Below are positions 1-7,893 of a stretch of 33,908 nt of DNA, piece by piece (positions within the stretch are counted from its first letter, which is position 1; every line of letters starts with the position of its first letter). This DNA is from an uncultured Nitrososphaerota archaeon (GTDB lineage Archaea; Asgardarchaeota; Njordarchaeia; Njordarchaeales; Njordarchaeaceae). The translations under genes were made by a program, and so were the position numbers. The DNA lies in contig CAZFGR010000016.1 of the NCBI GenBank assembly GCA_964518475.1, positions 1-33,908 of the forward strand, written 5' to 3'. The notes below the pieces were generated by a model. That model saw only the letters and a program-made list of their open reading frames with translations. It made no database searches and was not told the DNA's origin.

Positions 1-80
1 TCCACCACCCGCCGTCTTGCCCGGCAGCCTTTACCTCCGGGGTTGCCCCTTGTCCCTTTAGCCCCGATTAAGGGGCTAAA
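1..80 (-). ncRNA. Probable 5' end/leader of a stable structured RNA running off the window (best guess 23S rRNA 5' region; RNase P RNA not excluded)
   Basis: GC-rich island in AT-rich DNA. Perfect 9-bp hairpin at 57-80, GGG-GCAA-CCC GNRA hairpin at 39-49. The minus strand ends ...GGCGGGTGGTGGA, resembling the archaeal 23S 5' motif TGGTGGA(TGG). TATA box about 25 nt upstream. Confidence 0.4.
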
Positions 81-100
81 AATTGGTATTGATGAGTTGC

Positions 101-120
101 ATTTTATAAATTTTTCTTCT
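101..120 (-). promoter_or_regulatory. Archaeal BRE/TATA promoter for the stable RNA at the left edge
   Basis: Minus strand AGAAGAAAAA-TTTATAAA; spacing places the start site near position 80, where the GC-rich hairpins begin. Confidence 0.55.
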
Positions 121-262
121 GTTTTTTATCTTATCCGTATGGTATGTTTGGTGATACTGAGTACTTATAAATCTTACTAACATTGTTTTACCATTCCTTC
201 CCTTTATTTATTCGAAAGTCCTAAAGTAAAACTCTACATACTCAGGTTAGGTTAGATAGTGT

Positions 263-1975
263 GTGTTAAATAGTGTGTACATCTTTTCAAATCTTAGATT
301 CAGGGATACTCTCTGGGGAATAGCTGTGGAACCTCATGACTTCAGGGGCGTCTTAGTAGGTGACAAGGGACAGAGAGAAATTTTCACAAGGTTTATACAG
401 GAGTTAATAACTAGCTTGGAGAAGTCTCCTACTTTGGATAAGAAGAAGATTCAGATGTTGAAAATTTCTTTAAGTAGGAAATATCGTTTGCCTCGTATTC
501 CTAGAGATTATGAAATTCTCCAAAATTTGCCAGAAAACATCAGAGAGAGGTTTAAGAATATACTTAAGTTAAAACCGGTAAGAACCCTTTCGGGAGTCGC
601 TGTTATTGCTGTGATGACAAAGCCTCTTCCTTGTCCCGGTAAGTGCATATATTGTCCAGGAGGAGTTGAGGCTCGACAGCCTTCACCGAAATCGTATACT
701 GGTATAGAGCCCGCCGCTAGACGCGCGTTTCAATACGGTTTTGATCCCTATCTTCAAGTGCGGGGGCGTATTAGGCAACTAGAGATTATTGGTCATAATC
801 CCGAAAAACTGGAGATTATTATTATGGGTGGAACGTTCTTAGCTGCTCCGAAGGAGTATAAGGAATGGTTCATAAGGGGGATCTATGAAGGTGTTTTAGG
901 CGCTAGATATCCGGGAGCTTCCTTAGAGGAGCTTAAGAAGATGTTGGAGACTTCGAAATACAGGATTGTCGGTTTAACAATAGAGACTAGGCCTGATTAT
1001 TGTATGGAGGAGCATGTTGATGAAATGCTTTTTTATGGAGCTACTCGTGTAGAAATTGGTGTCCAGACTCTTGATGAATCAGTTCTAAGAATTATCGAGA
1101 GAGGGCACGATTTAGAAACTGTTAGAAAAGCTTTTAGAATAGCTAAAGATGCTGGATTTAAAATCGTAGCTCATATGATGCTTAACCTCCCATCATCCGA
1201 CCCTGAAACTGACCTGCGATCATTTAGAAGACTTTTTGAAGAGCCTGATTTCAGACCAGATATGCTTAAAATATATCCTACCGCTGTAATAGAGGGGACA
1301 AAACTATATGATATGTGGAAGCGCGGTGATTACAAACCATATCCTGAGGATGAACTAATTAAGGTAATAGCAGAGATCAAAAAAATGATACCACCTTGGG
1401 TGCGTATACAACGTGTTCAGCGCGATATACCCGTTAAAATAGTTTTAGCCGGATATAAAAAAGGAAACTTGAGAAACATTGTTCAAGATTACATGCGATT
1501 CCGAGGCTGGAGATGTAGATGTATAAGATGTAGAGAAGTAGGCTTGAGGGAACATAAAGAAGGTGTGAAAGTAGATCCGGACCGCATAAGGTTAGTAATA
1601 AGAAAATACCCAGCGTCTCTTGGTGAGGAACTTTTCTTATCATACGAAGATGTAAAAAACGATATCATAATTGGTTTTCTACGTCTCAGAAAACCCTCAA
1701 CTAATGCTCACCGTCCAGAAATAGATGATAAAACAATGATTGTTAGAGAACTTCACGTTTACGGCTCTTTAATTCCCATTGGAGAAAAGCCGAAAGATGG
1801 TTGGCAGCATAGAGGGTATGGTGCCAAATTATTGAGAATGGCTGAGAAAATAGCACAAGAAGATTATGATGCGAAGAAAGTAGTAATAATATCGGGAATA
1901 GGCGTACGTGAATATTATAGAAAATTTGGTTATGAACTCGAAGGACCATATATGAGTAAAAAATTAGCTAACTAA
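263..1975 (+). CDS. elp3: tRNA uridine(34) acetyltransferase Elp3 (radical SAM + GNAT)
   Basis: KPVRTLSGVAVIAVMTKP, CPGKCIYCPGG radical SAM motif, TIETRPD, RELHVYG, WQHRGYG, ISGIGVREYYRKFGY. True start is probably the GTG at 326. Confidence 0.96.
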   Translation: MLNSVYIFSNLRFRDTLWGIAVEPHDFRGVLVGDKGQREIFTRFIQELITSLEKSPTLDKKKIQMLKISLSRKYRLPRIPRDYEILQNLPENIRERFKNILKLKPVRTLSGVAVIAVMTKPLPCPGKCIYCPGGVEARQPSPKSYTGIEPAARRAFQYGFDPYLQVRGRIRQLEIIGHNPEKLEIIIMGGTFLAAPKEYKEWFIRGIYEGVLGARYPGASLEELKKMLETSKYRIVGLTIETRPDYCMEEHVDEMLFYGATRVEIGVQTLDESVLRIIERGHDLETVRKAFRIAKDAGFKIVAHMMLNLPSSDPETDLRSFRRLFEEPDFRPDMLKIYPTAVIEGTKLYDMWKRGDYKPYPEDELIKVIAEIKKMIPPWVRIQRVQRDIPVKIVLAGYKKGNLRNIVQDYMRFRGWRCRCIRCREVGLREHKEGVKVDPDRIRLVIRKYPASLGEELFLSYEDVKNDIIIGFLRLRKPSTNAHRPEIDDKTMIVRELHVYGSLIPIGEKPKDGWQHRGYGAKLLRMAEKIAQEDYDAKKVVIISGIGVREYYRKFGYELEGPYMSKKLAN

Positions 1976-2009
1976 GCACCGCTAAATTCGTTTCGAAAAT
2001 ATTTGCTAT

Positions 2010-2747
2010 ATGCTTACGCTGGTAAATAACGTAAATAATCGTGGGGTTATCATGAACTATAAAACAAAGATCTACCTTATACTCGCTGATGCCTCCCTTG
2101 AACCAATTCCTCCCGAACTATGGTCTGATCCTCTCATAAAAAAGCACGCTAAACGTCAAAAAAAATCACCAAAAGAACTAATTCTGGATCAGTTTTATCA
2201 TGGCCCAGCAATAGTTAACTCATCCCTAACAGATAAGGAGAAAAGGGGGCGCCCAGACATCGTCCATCGAGTCATCCTATTAGCTCAAGATAGTGAGTTG
2301 AACTATCGTGGGTTTCTCAGAGTGTACGTTCACACAGTTAGGGGAGACTTAATTGCTGTTGATCCTTCTGTTAAACCACCTAGAAATTATCTACGCTTTA
2401 TAGGTTTAATGGAGCAATTATTTAAAGAAGGCCGCGTCCCACCAGAAGGCCGCCCCTTATTTTCGCTTACCAGAACATCTCTAACTTCTTTTCTTGAGAA
2501 ATTTCGAGGAAACATCATTGGTTTTTCTCGACGCGGAAAAAAAGTAAAGGATTTGAAAAAATTCCTAATTGAAAGGATTAAGAATCCATCTCCACTAGTA
2601 TTGATCATTGGCGCTTTTCCTCGCGGATTCTTCTCACAAGAAGTAGTGAGGAATCTTGATGAGTTAATAGCGATATCTGATAGATCACTTACCACAAGTT
2701 ATGTGGTATGTAAAGTATTATCAGCTCTAGAAGAGCTTCTAATCTAA
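2010..2747 (+). CDS. nep1: 16S rRNA pseudouridine N1-methyltransferase Nep1/Emg1 (SPOUT)
   Basis: KRGRPDIVH, VYVHT, PPRNYLRFIGLMEQLF, IIGAFPRG. Likely start is the ATG at 2052. Confidence 0.93.
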   Translation: MLTLVNNVNNRGVIMNYKTKIYLILADASLEPIPPELWSDPLIKKHAKRQKKSPKELILDQFYHGPAIVNSSLTDKEKRGRPDIVHRVILLAQDSELNYRGFLRVYVHTVRGDLIAVDPSVKPPRNYLRFIGLMEQLFKEGRVPPEGRPLFSLTRTSLTSFLEKFRGNIIGFSRRGKKVKDLKKFLIERIKNPSPLVLIIGAFPRGFFSQEVVRNLDELIAISDRSLTTSYVVCKVLSALEELLI

Positions 2748-2871
2748 AATACCTATTCTCCATTCCTCAACTGTGGTCTTATAGGAACTGCTGGGAGATA
2801 ATGTTAAGCTTTTAGTTTAAAGATGTCTATAAGAGTTAAGTGTATGGAAGCATTTTAACGGAGGAATAATT

Positions 2872-3516
2872 ATGGTACTTTCCATTGAGGAATTAACGGA
2901 TTCTGATGGTGTTTATCTAGTTAGATTAGCCAGAAGGGCGATAGAGGAGTATGTGTTGAATAAAAAGAGAATAGCTCCCCCCAAAGATGCTCCATCAAAA
3001 CTTTATGAAAAAGCTGGTGCTTTTGTTACCATAAACAAGATCATTGGAAGCAGAGAGGAGCTACGTGGTTGTATCGGATACATTTTACCAATAAAACCGC
3101 TTGTAGAAACTATTATCGATGTAGCTATTGCGGCAGCTGTCGAGGATCCAAGATTTCCTCCTCTTTCTTCTGAGGAACTGGATGAAATAATTGTAGAAGT
3201 TACTGTTTTGACTCCTCCTCAAAAAATCGAGGTAAGAGACCCCAAGGAGTATTTAGAGAAAATAGTTATTGGAAGGGATGGTTTACTACTGAAATATGGG
3301 CCTTTTTCCGGTACCTTATTGCCCCAAGTCCCCATCGAGTACAACTGGGACGTAGAAGAATTCCTCGACAATCTTTGCGTAAAGGCTGGCCTAGTCCCTG
3401 GCTGTTGGAAGGATCTAAATGTAAAAATATTTGCTTACCAAGGAGCAATTTGGAAAGAAACTAGTCCTCGAGGCGAAATTATCAGAGTAGAGCTTTCACG
3501 GCAGAAAAAGTGTTAA
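2872..3516 (+). CDS. AMMECR1 / TIGR00296 domain protein
   Basis: GAFVT, LRGCIG, AAVEDPRFPP, EVTVLT, GTLLPQV, LCVKAG motifs. Confidence 0.93.
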   Translation: MVLSIEELTDSDGVYLVRLARRAIEEYVLNKKRIAPPKDAPSKLYEKAGAFVTINKIIGSREELRGCIGYILPIKPLVETIIDVAIAAAVEDPRFPPLSSEELDEIIVEVTVLTPPQKIEVRDPKEYLEKIVIGRDGLLLKYGPFSGTLLPQVPIEYNWDVEEFLDNLCVKAGLVPGCWKDLNVKIFAYQGAIWKETSPRGEIIRVELSRQKKC

Positions 3517-3555
3517 AAAAAGTTAAAAAGTGTTTTTGAGATATTCTCCTAGATT

Positions 3556-3792
3556 TTAAGGCTTAAGAAAGTATTGTGTGAAAGCTCTCTCAATGTCTTC
3601 CTTCTTCACAGTTTTTCTCTTGTCGCTTTCAGCATTCATCTTAGCTAAGTTGGAGACTCTGACAATTAAGTTCTCTAGGATATCCCTTAGAGCCTCTACA
3701 GCCTCAGCAGAAATTCTAATCTCCTTGGAGCCAATACCCTTCTCCATGTATCTCCTAATTGGTTGAAGAGGCATGTGCTTTTCTTTGGCCAT
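3556..3792 (-). CDS. Archaeal histone (HMf-like fold), variant
   Basis: PLQPIRR...RISAEAVEAL...KRKTVKKEDI histone-fold pattern; GGTGA RBS at 3799-3803. Confidence 0.9.
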   Translation of the reverse strand: MAKEKHMPLQPIRRYMEKGIGSKEIRISAEAVEALRDILENLIVRVSNLAKMNAESDKRKTVKKEDIERAFTQYFLKP

Positions 3793-4015
3793 ATTTAATC
3801 ACCGAACAAGAGATTTCGATATAATAATAGTATGGTCATCCTTATAAATTTTTCGATAATTCGTATAATATTCAGATTCAACATAATTTCGTATGTTTGA
3901 AAAATTCGTAAAATTGCGTTTGTTGTATCTATTGCATTCAAGGGGGCCAGATAATACTTATTAACTGACTCCATTACTATGCTACTTTGTATGGGATCTG
4001 TGTGGAGGGAAAAAT

Positions 4016-4576
4016 TTGCGGACATTCATCGCCATTGATATTGAAACTCCAGAATTAGTTAGTAAATTAGTAAACATTCAGGATTACATCAAAAAAACTG
4101 GCGCTGCTATGAAAATGGTTGAACCCGAAAATTTTCATATTACCCTTAAATTCCTCGGTGAGATCTCTCCCAGTGATGTCACGGTCATTACGGATGCTTT
4201 GAAAAAAGCTCTAGCTGATGCAAAAATTTTCGAAATTTCTCTAGAAGGTATAGGGGCTTTTCCTACTATTGCTAAACCTAGAGTAATATGGGTAGGAATA
4301 AGCACTGGCAAAGATTTCTTGAAAATATTAGTTAAGAAAATCTCCCATGAATTACTATCCATAGGTATAAGAGGCGATAACAAGGAATTTCATCCTCATG
4401 TTACTCTAGCACGGGTAAAGAGATTTAATAGGGATCTTGTAAGAGCCTTAGAGGAGCTTGGGAATATTAAAATAGGATCTATGATCGTTAAGCATGTTAG
4501 GTTGAAGAAAAGCGTTCTAACACCTCAAGGTCCCATATACTCTACGCTCGTCGAGATTCCTCTTAAAGACACTTGA
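4016..4576 (+). CDS. thpR: RNA 2',3'-cyclic phosphodiesterase (2H family)
   Basis: MRTFIAIDI start, two HxT motifs (FHITLKFLG, PHVTLAR), PRVIWVG, S.LTPQGPIY; TTG start. Confidence 0.94.
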   Translation: MRTFIAIDIETPELVSKLVNIQDYIKKTGAAMKMVEPENFHITLKFLGEISPSDVTVITDALKKALADAKIFEISLEGIGAFPTIAKPRVIWVGISTGKDFLKILVKKISHELLSIGIRGDNKEFHPHVTLARVKRFNRDLVRALEELGNIKIGSMIVKHVRLKKSVLTPQGPIYSTLVEIPLKDT

Positions 4577-4752
4577 ACATTTTTAATAGAGATAATAAAG
4601 CACGAAATGGTATTTTTACATCACAATATTATGATATCGGAGTAAATATTTCGTGAAAACCAATATCCTTAGAATTGTTGATTTTTAGAAACAGAAAAAT
4701 ATCAGAATTATGAAATTATGTCATTAAGGAATGCGAAGGCTGGTAATTAAAG

Positions 4753-5145
4753 ATGTCTGAAAGAGAAGAGTGGATAATTTATCCTGAGTATTTCGACTCT
4801 AGACTATCTCGACGATTGGGAAGAAAAGTAAGTCTCCAACATGCGATTAAATCCCCCCAATTAGAGGAATTGTATGAGGCCTTGAAATACTTAAAAATTC
4901 GTGGCATTAGAATAGAAAAGGACAAAAGCCACCCAGCTAATTGGATTGAGAGAAAAGGACGGATAATTATATACAAAATCCCTGGAAAAAGTAAACATTC
5001 TCTACTTATAGAAATTGCAAAAGCACTGAAACATGTAAGGATTAAGATGCTTAGAAAGAAAAAGGTCGAAGAAGCGGAAAAGAAGAAAAAGAAGAAGAGA
5101 AAAGACATTGAGAAATACCTTGAGAAGTTCATGCAGAAAAAATGA
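4753..5145 (+). CDS. srp19: Signal recognition particle protein SRP19 with basic C-terminal extension
   Basis: IIYPEYFDSRLSRRLGRKV, P...EL..A, K.HPANW...GRI, K..LL..IA. Confidence 0.9.
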   Translation: MSEREEWIIYPEYFDSRLSRRLGRKVSLQHAIKSPQLEELYEALKYLKIRGIRIEKDKSHPANWIERKGRIIIYKIPGKSKHSLLIEIAKALKHVRIKMLRKKKVEEAEKKKKKKRKDIEKYLEKFMQKK

Positions 5146-5175
5146 TTTGAGATACTTATCGGAGGACACATTAAT

Positions 5176-5694
5176 ATGATTTGGGTACTATTTGATACCA
5201 AAGCAATTTTAGATTCCATTATCTATATCTTTCCAGCTTATGTAGCTAATGCTGCTCCAGTTATTTTCGGTGGAGGAGCCCCATTAGACCTAGGAAAAAG
5301 GTTTATTGATGGAAAAAGAATATTTGGTGACCATAAGACTATACGAGGACTCGTCTCAGGAATTATCTGCGGAATATTAGCTGGTATCCTCTTATCTCCT
5401 TTTACCAGTCTGTCCTTAATGGAAGATGTTCGAAGAGCTATATTACTTTCCATCGGTGCTCATCTCGGGGATTTATTAGGCTCATTTATAAAGAGGAGGA
5501 TAAGTATCCCTCCCGGTGGTAGTTTGCCAGTAATGGATCAAATAGGCTTCTTAATATTTTCTTTAGCAATAACATTACCATTTTATCCATTGCCTCTACC
5601 GTGCATCTTATTTCTTGTACTAGTTACCCTAATCCTTCATCCCCTCACAAACATTCTCGCATATTTGCTGAAGCTTAAAGAAAAACCCTACTAA
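5176..5694 (+). CDS. carS: CDP-archaeol synthase (DUF46)
   Basis: PAYVANAAPV, PLDLG...DGKRIFGDHKTIRG, GDLLGSFIKRR, DQ motif, LKLKEKPY end. Confidence 0.94.
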   Translation: MIWVLFDTKAILDSIIYIFPAYVANAAPVIFGGGAPLDLGKRFIDGKRIFGDHKTIRGLVSGIICGILAGILLSPFTSLSLMEDVRRAILLSIGAHLGDLLGSFIKRRISIPPGGSLPVMDQIGFLIFSLAITLPFYPLPLPCILFLVLVTLILHPLTNILAYLLKLKEKPY

Positions 5695-5784
5695 ATACAC
5701 GGATCAACTCGCTACATTCTTTTTTGCTAAACAATTTTGATTTTTAAAAAAAAATCAGCGAGAGCATAAGTAGGTGAGGCTAAA

Positions 5785-6549
5785 ATGTATGTCGCCATTA
5801 TTTTAGGTACTGCGGGTAGTGGCAAGACTATGCTTACTAGATCACTAGCTGACTACTTAGATGACAAAGGATTAGATTATGCTATCATGAATTTAGATCC
5901 AGGAGTTTTAACAGAAAATCTACCGTATACTCCAGATATAGATGTTCGCGAGTTTGTAAGAGCAGAAGAAGTCATGAATGAATATCGTCTAGGACCAAAT
6001 GGAGCATTAATAGCATCGATGGATTTACTGGCTAATTATATTTTCGATTTACAACAAAAAATTCTCGAAATAAAACCCGAGTATTTATTGGTAGATACTC
6101 CCGGTCAAATGGAGATATTTGCTTATAGGCCTTCAGGGCCAGTTATCATAGAAAATTTGTTTAAAATGCCAGACACACGATGCGCGATTGTTTATCTTTT
6201 AGATCCATTTCTATGCGTGTATTCTCCTAGTGCTTTATTGAGTGCTCTTTTATTAGTTGAAAGCGTATATTGGAGATTTGAGCTGCCAATGCTTACAGCC
6301 TTATCAAAAATAGATTTGCTTGAGGAGGGAGTGTTGGAAAAGTTATTGAAAGTAATCGAGGAGCCTTCCAAATTGATTGTTTTTAAGGAAATATTCCAAA
6401 TAAAAAGAGATCTTTCTCCTCTTTTAGCAGTAATTGATAAAGTACAAGAAATAATAGCAAAAGACGTAATTCCCGTAAGTGCTGTGACCGGAGAAGGTAT
6501 TTTTGATGTATTTTCGAATCTGTTGAATGTTTGGTCAGAGACTGGATAA
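5785..6549 (+). CDS. GPN-loop GTPase
   Basis: GTAGSGKT, NLDPG, LGPNGAL (GPN), DTPGQME, SKID, VSA. Confidence 0.93.
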   Translation: MYVAIILGTAGSGKTMLTRSLADYLDDKGLDYAIMNLDPGVLTENLPYTPDIDVREFVRAEEVMNEYRLGPNGALIASMDLLANYIFDLQQKILEIKPEYLLVDTPGQMEIFAYRPSGPVIIENLFKMPDTRCAIVYLLDPFLCVYSPSALLSALLLVESVYWRFELPMLTALSKIDLLEEGVLEKLLKVIEEPSKLIVFKEIFQIKRDLSPLLAVIDKVQEIIAKDVIPVSAVTGEGIFDVFSNLLNVWSETG

Positions 6550-6720
6550 TACTTTCCGCGTTTTCTCCACTAAACAAAAATAATTTAAATTTAGATGTTG
6601 CCTAGGAGCGGTAAGGCAACCCTGATAACTAACTTAAGAAATTAATACCTCTCAATTCTTGTATCAATTTATCAAAGGTTCAAACTTACATATCATGACT
6701 TATCCTGCGGTGGTTTTCTA

Positions 6721-7461
6721 TTGGGTAAATACTTTGTGCTTGTAGCACTAAATACCCATTCGTTCGCATTTTTTGATGAGAACAATCTCTTGGGAATAGT
6801 TAATCCCGAATCTCCAAAAAAGCTATTAAAGCATACATGTGCAGAGGAAATTTCTTTACAATTATCTAATGCTGCAGTGATTTTTACTAAGTGTCCACCT
6901 CTGTCTTTATTATTTGATTGGTCGGAAATTTCATATGCTGTATTGGTGTTAAATAAATGCGCGAATCATAGTACCACTGCATCCGAAAACATAACTGAAT
7001 TTCGAGAAAATATTGTACTTCTTCCCTCTAATGAACCATTCTCACTATCTGCAGATATAGATATTATTTTCCCCGAAGAATTCATTGGAAATTATCATTC
7101 TGGTTTAGCGATTTTAGACCATGGACAACGTCTTCGTATGATATTTTTAGAGATGCCACTAGAAAAATTAACACGACCTGACCATATATTAAACGCCGAT
7201 ATAACAATAATACCCGCTAATGATTACCTTATATCACTTCTAGAGAATGCCATAACTCCAGCCGATATTGTAAAAGGAGTAAACATTCAAACTGAATATT
7301 TGGTAATTCTCACATCCCTCGAAGAAAAAATGCATATCTCAGAAATATTAAAAAGTAAGCACATTAATGATTACGTGCTCCCAATGGCTTTCTGTGATAA
7401 GCTTGGATTTACCAGACATCTCTATAGAATTAAGATTATAAAGCGGTTACCGACTGCGTAG
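6721..7461 (+). CDS. Hypothetical protein, possibly a degenerate (metal-site-less) metallo-beta-lactamase fold
   Basis: 246-aa ORF; spacing of LNTHSF...GIVNP, AVIFTK and ADITIIP resembles the MBL scaffold but lacks HxHxDH. Confidence 0.55.
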   Translation: MGKYFVLVALNTHSFAFFDENNLLGIVNPESPKKLLKHTCAEEISLQLSNAAVIFTKCPPLSLLFDWSEISYAVLVLNKCANHSTTASENITEFRENIVLLPSNEPFSLSADIDIIFPEEFIGNYHSGLAILDHGQRLRMIFLEMPLEKLTRPDHILNADITIIPANDYLISLLENAITPADIVKGVNIQTEYLVILTSLEEKMHISEILKSKHINDYVLPMAFCDKLGFTRHLYRIKIIKRLPTA

Positions 7462-7511
7462 AGTTTTTTTTGTATTTAAAGATAGCGATAATAGGAAGAA
7501 GATTGTTTTAA

Positions 7512-7605
7512 TGGAGCCGCGGGCGGGATTCGAACCCGCGACCTCGGGATCTCTTGTATAGCGATTATTACAAGTCCCGCGCTCTACCAGCTGAGCTACC
7601 GCGGC
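7512..7605 (-). tRNA. tRNA-Thr(TGT) with 18-nt canonical intron (7551-7568), CCA encoded
   Basis: Cloverleaf GCCGCGG/CCGCGGC-T-CCA, anticodon loop CT-TGT-A^A, intron CAAG pairs with C32-G35. Confidence 0.93.
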
Positions 7606-7665
7606 ATTTAGTTTTTTTCTGAATTAGAGTCGTGTGCGTAGTAGCTTATGAGTACGTAATAATTG

Positions 7666-7742
7666 TGGGGTGGGGGGCGGGATTCGAACCCGCGACCTCG
7701 GGATCCACAGTCCCGCGCTCTACCAGCTGAGCTACCCCCACC
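7666..7742 (-). tRNA. tRNA-His(GTG), G-1 and CCA encoded
   Basis: G-GTGGGGG/CCCCCAC-C-CCA, anticodon loop CT-GTG-GA, TTCGAAT T loop. Confidence 0.96.
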
Positions 7743-7893
7743 ATTTTCGCAATTCTCTCGGTCAGATAAGCAACATTCCACTCATCCCATAACTATATAT
7801 CTTTCGAGAGATAGTGTTAAGCTTAAAATTTTTTCTCTCAGTAAGTCATACTGAAGAATAGCATTAGCTTTTTACCTAAGTAGAGAATTATTT

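Noticed and set aside
3795-4025. 76-aa ORF upstream of the histone gene
   Set aside because: AT-rich divergent promoter region; overlaps the histone RBS and the thpR start; no recognisable motif
7663-7854. 63-aa ORF
   Set aside because: Antisense shadow of tRNA-His
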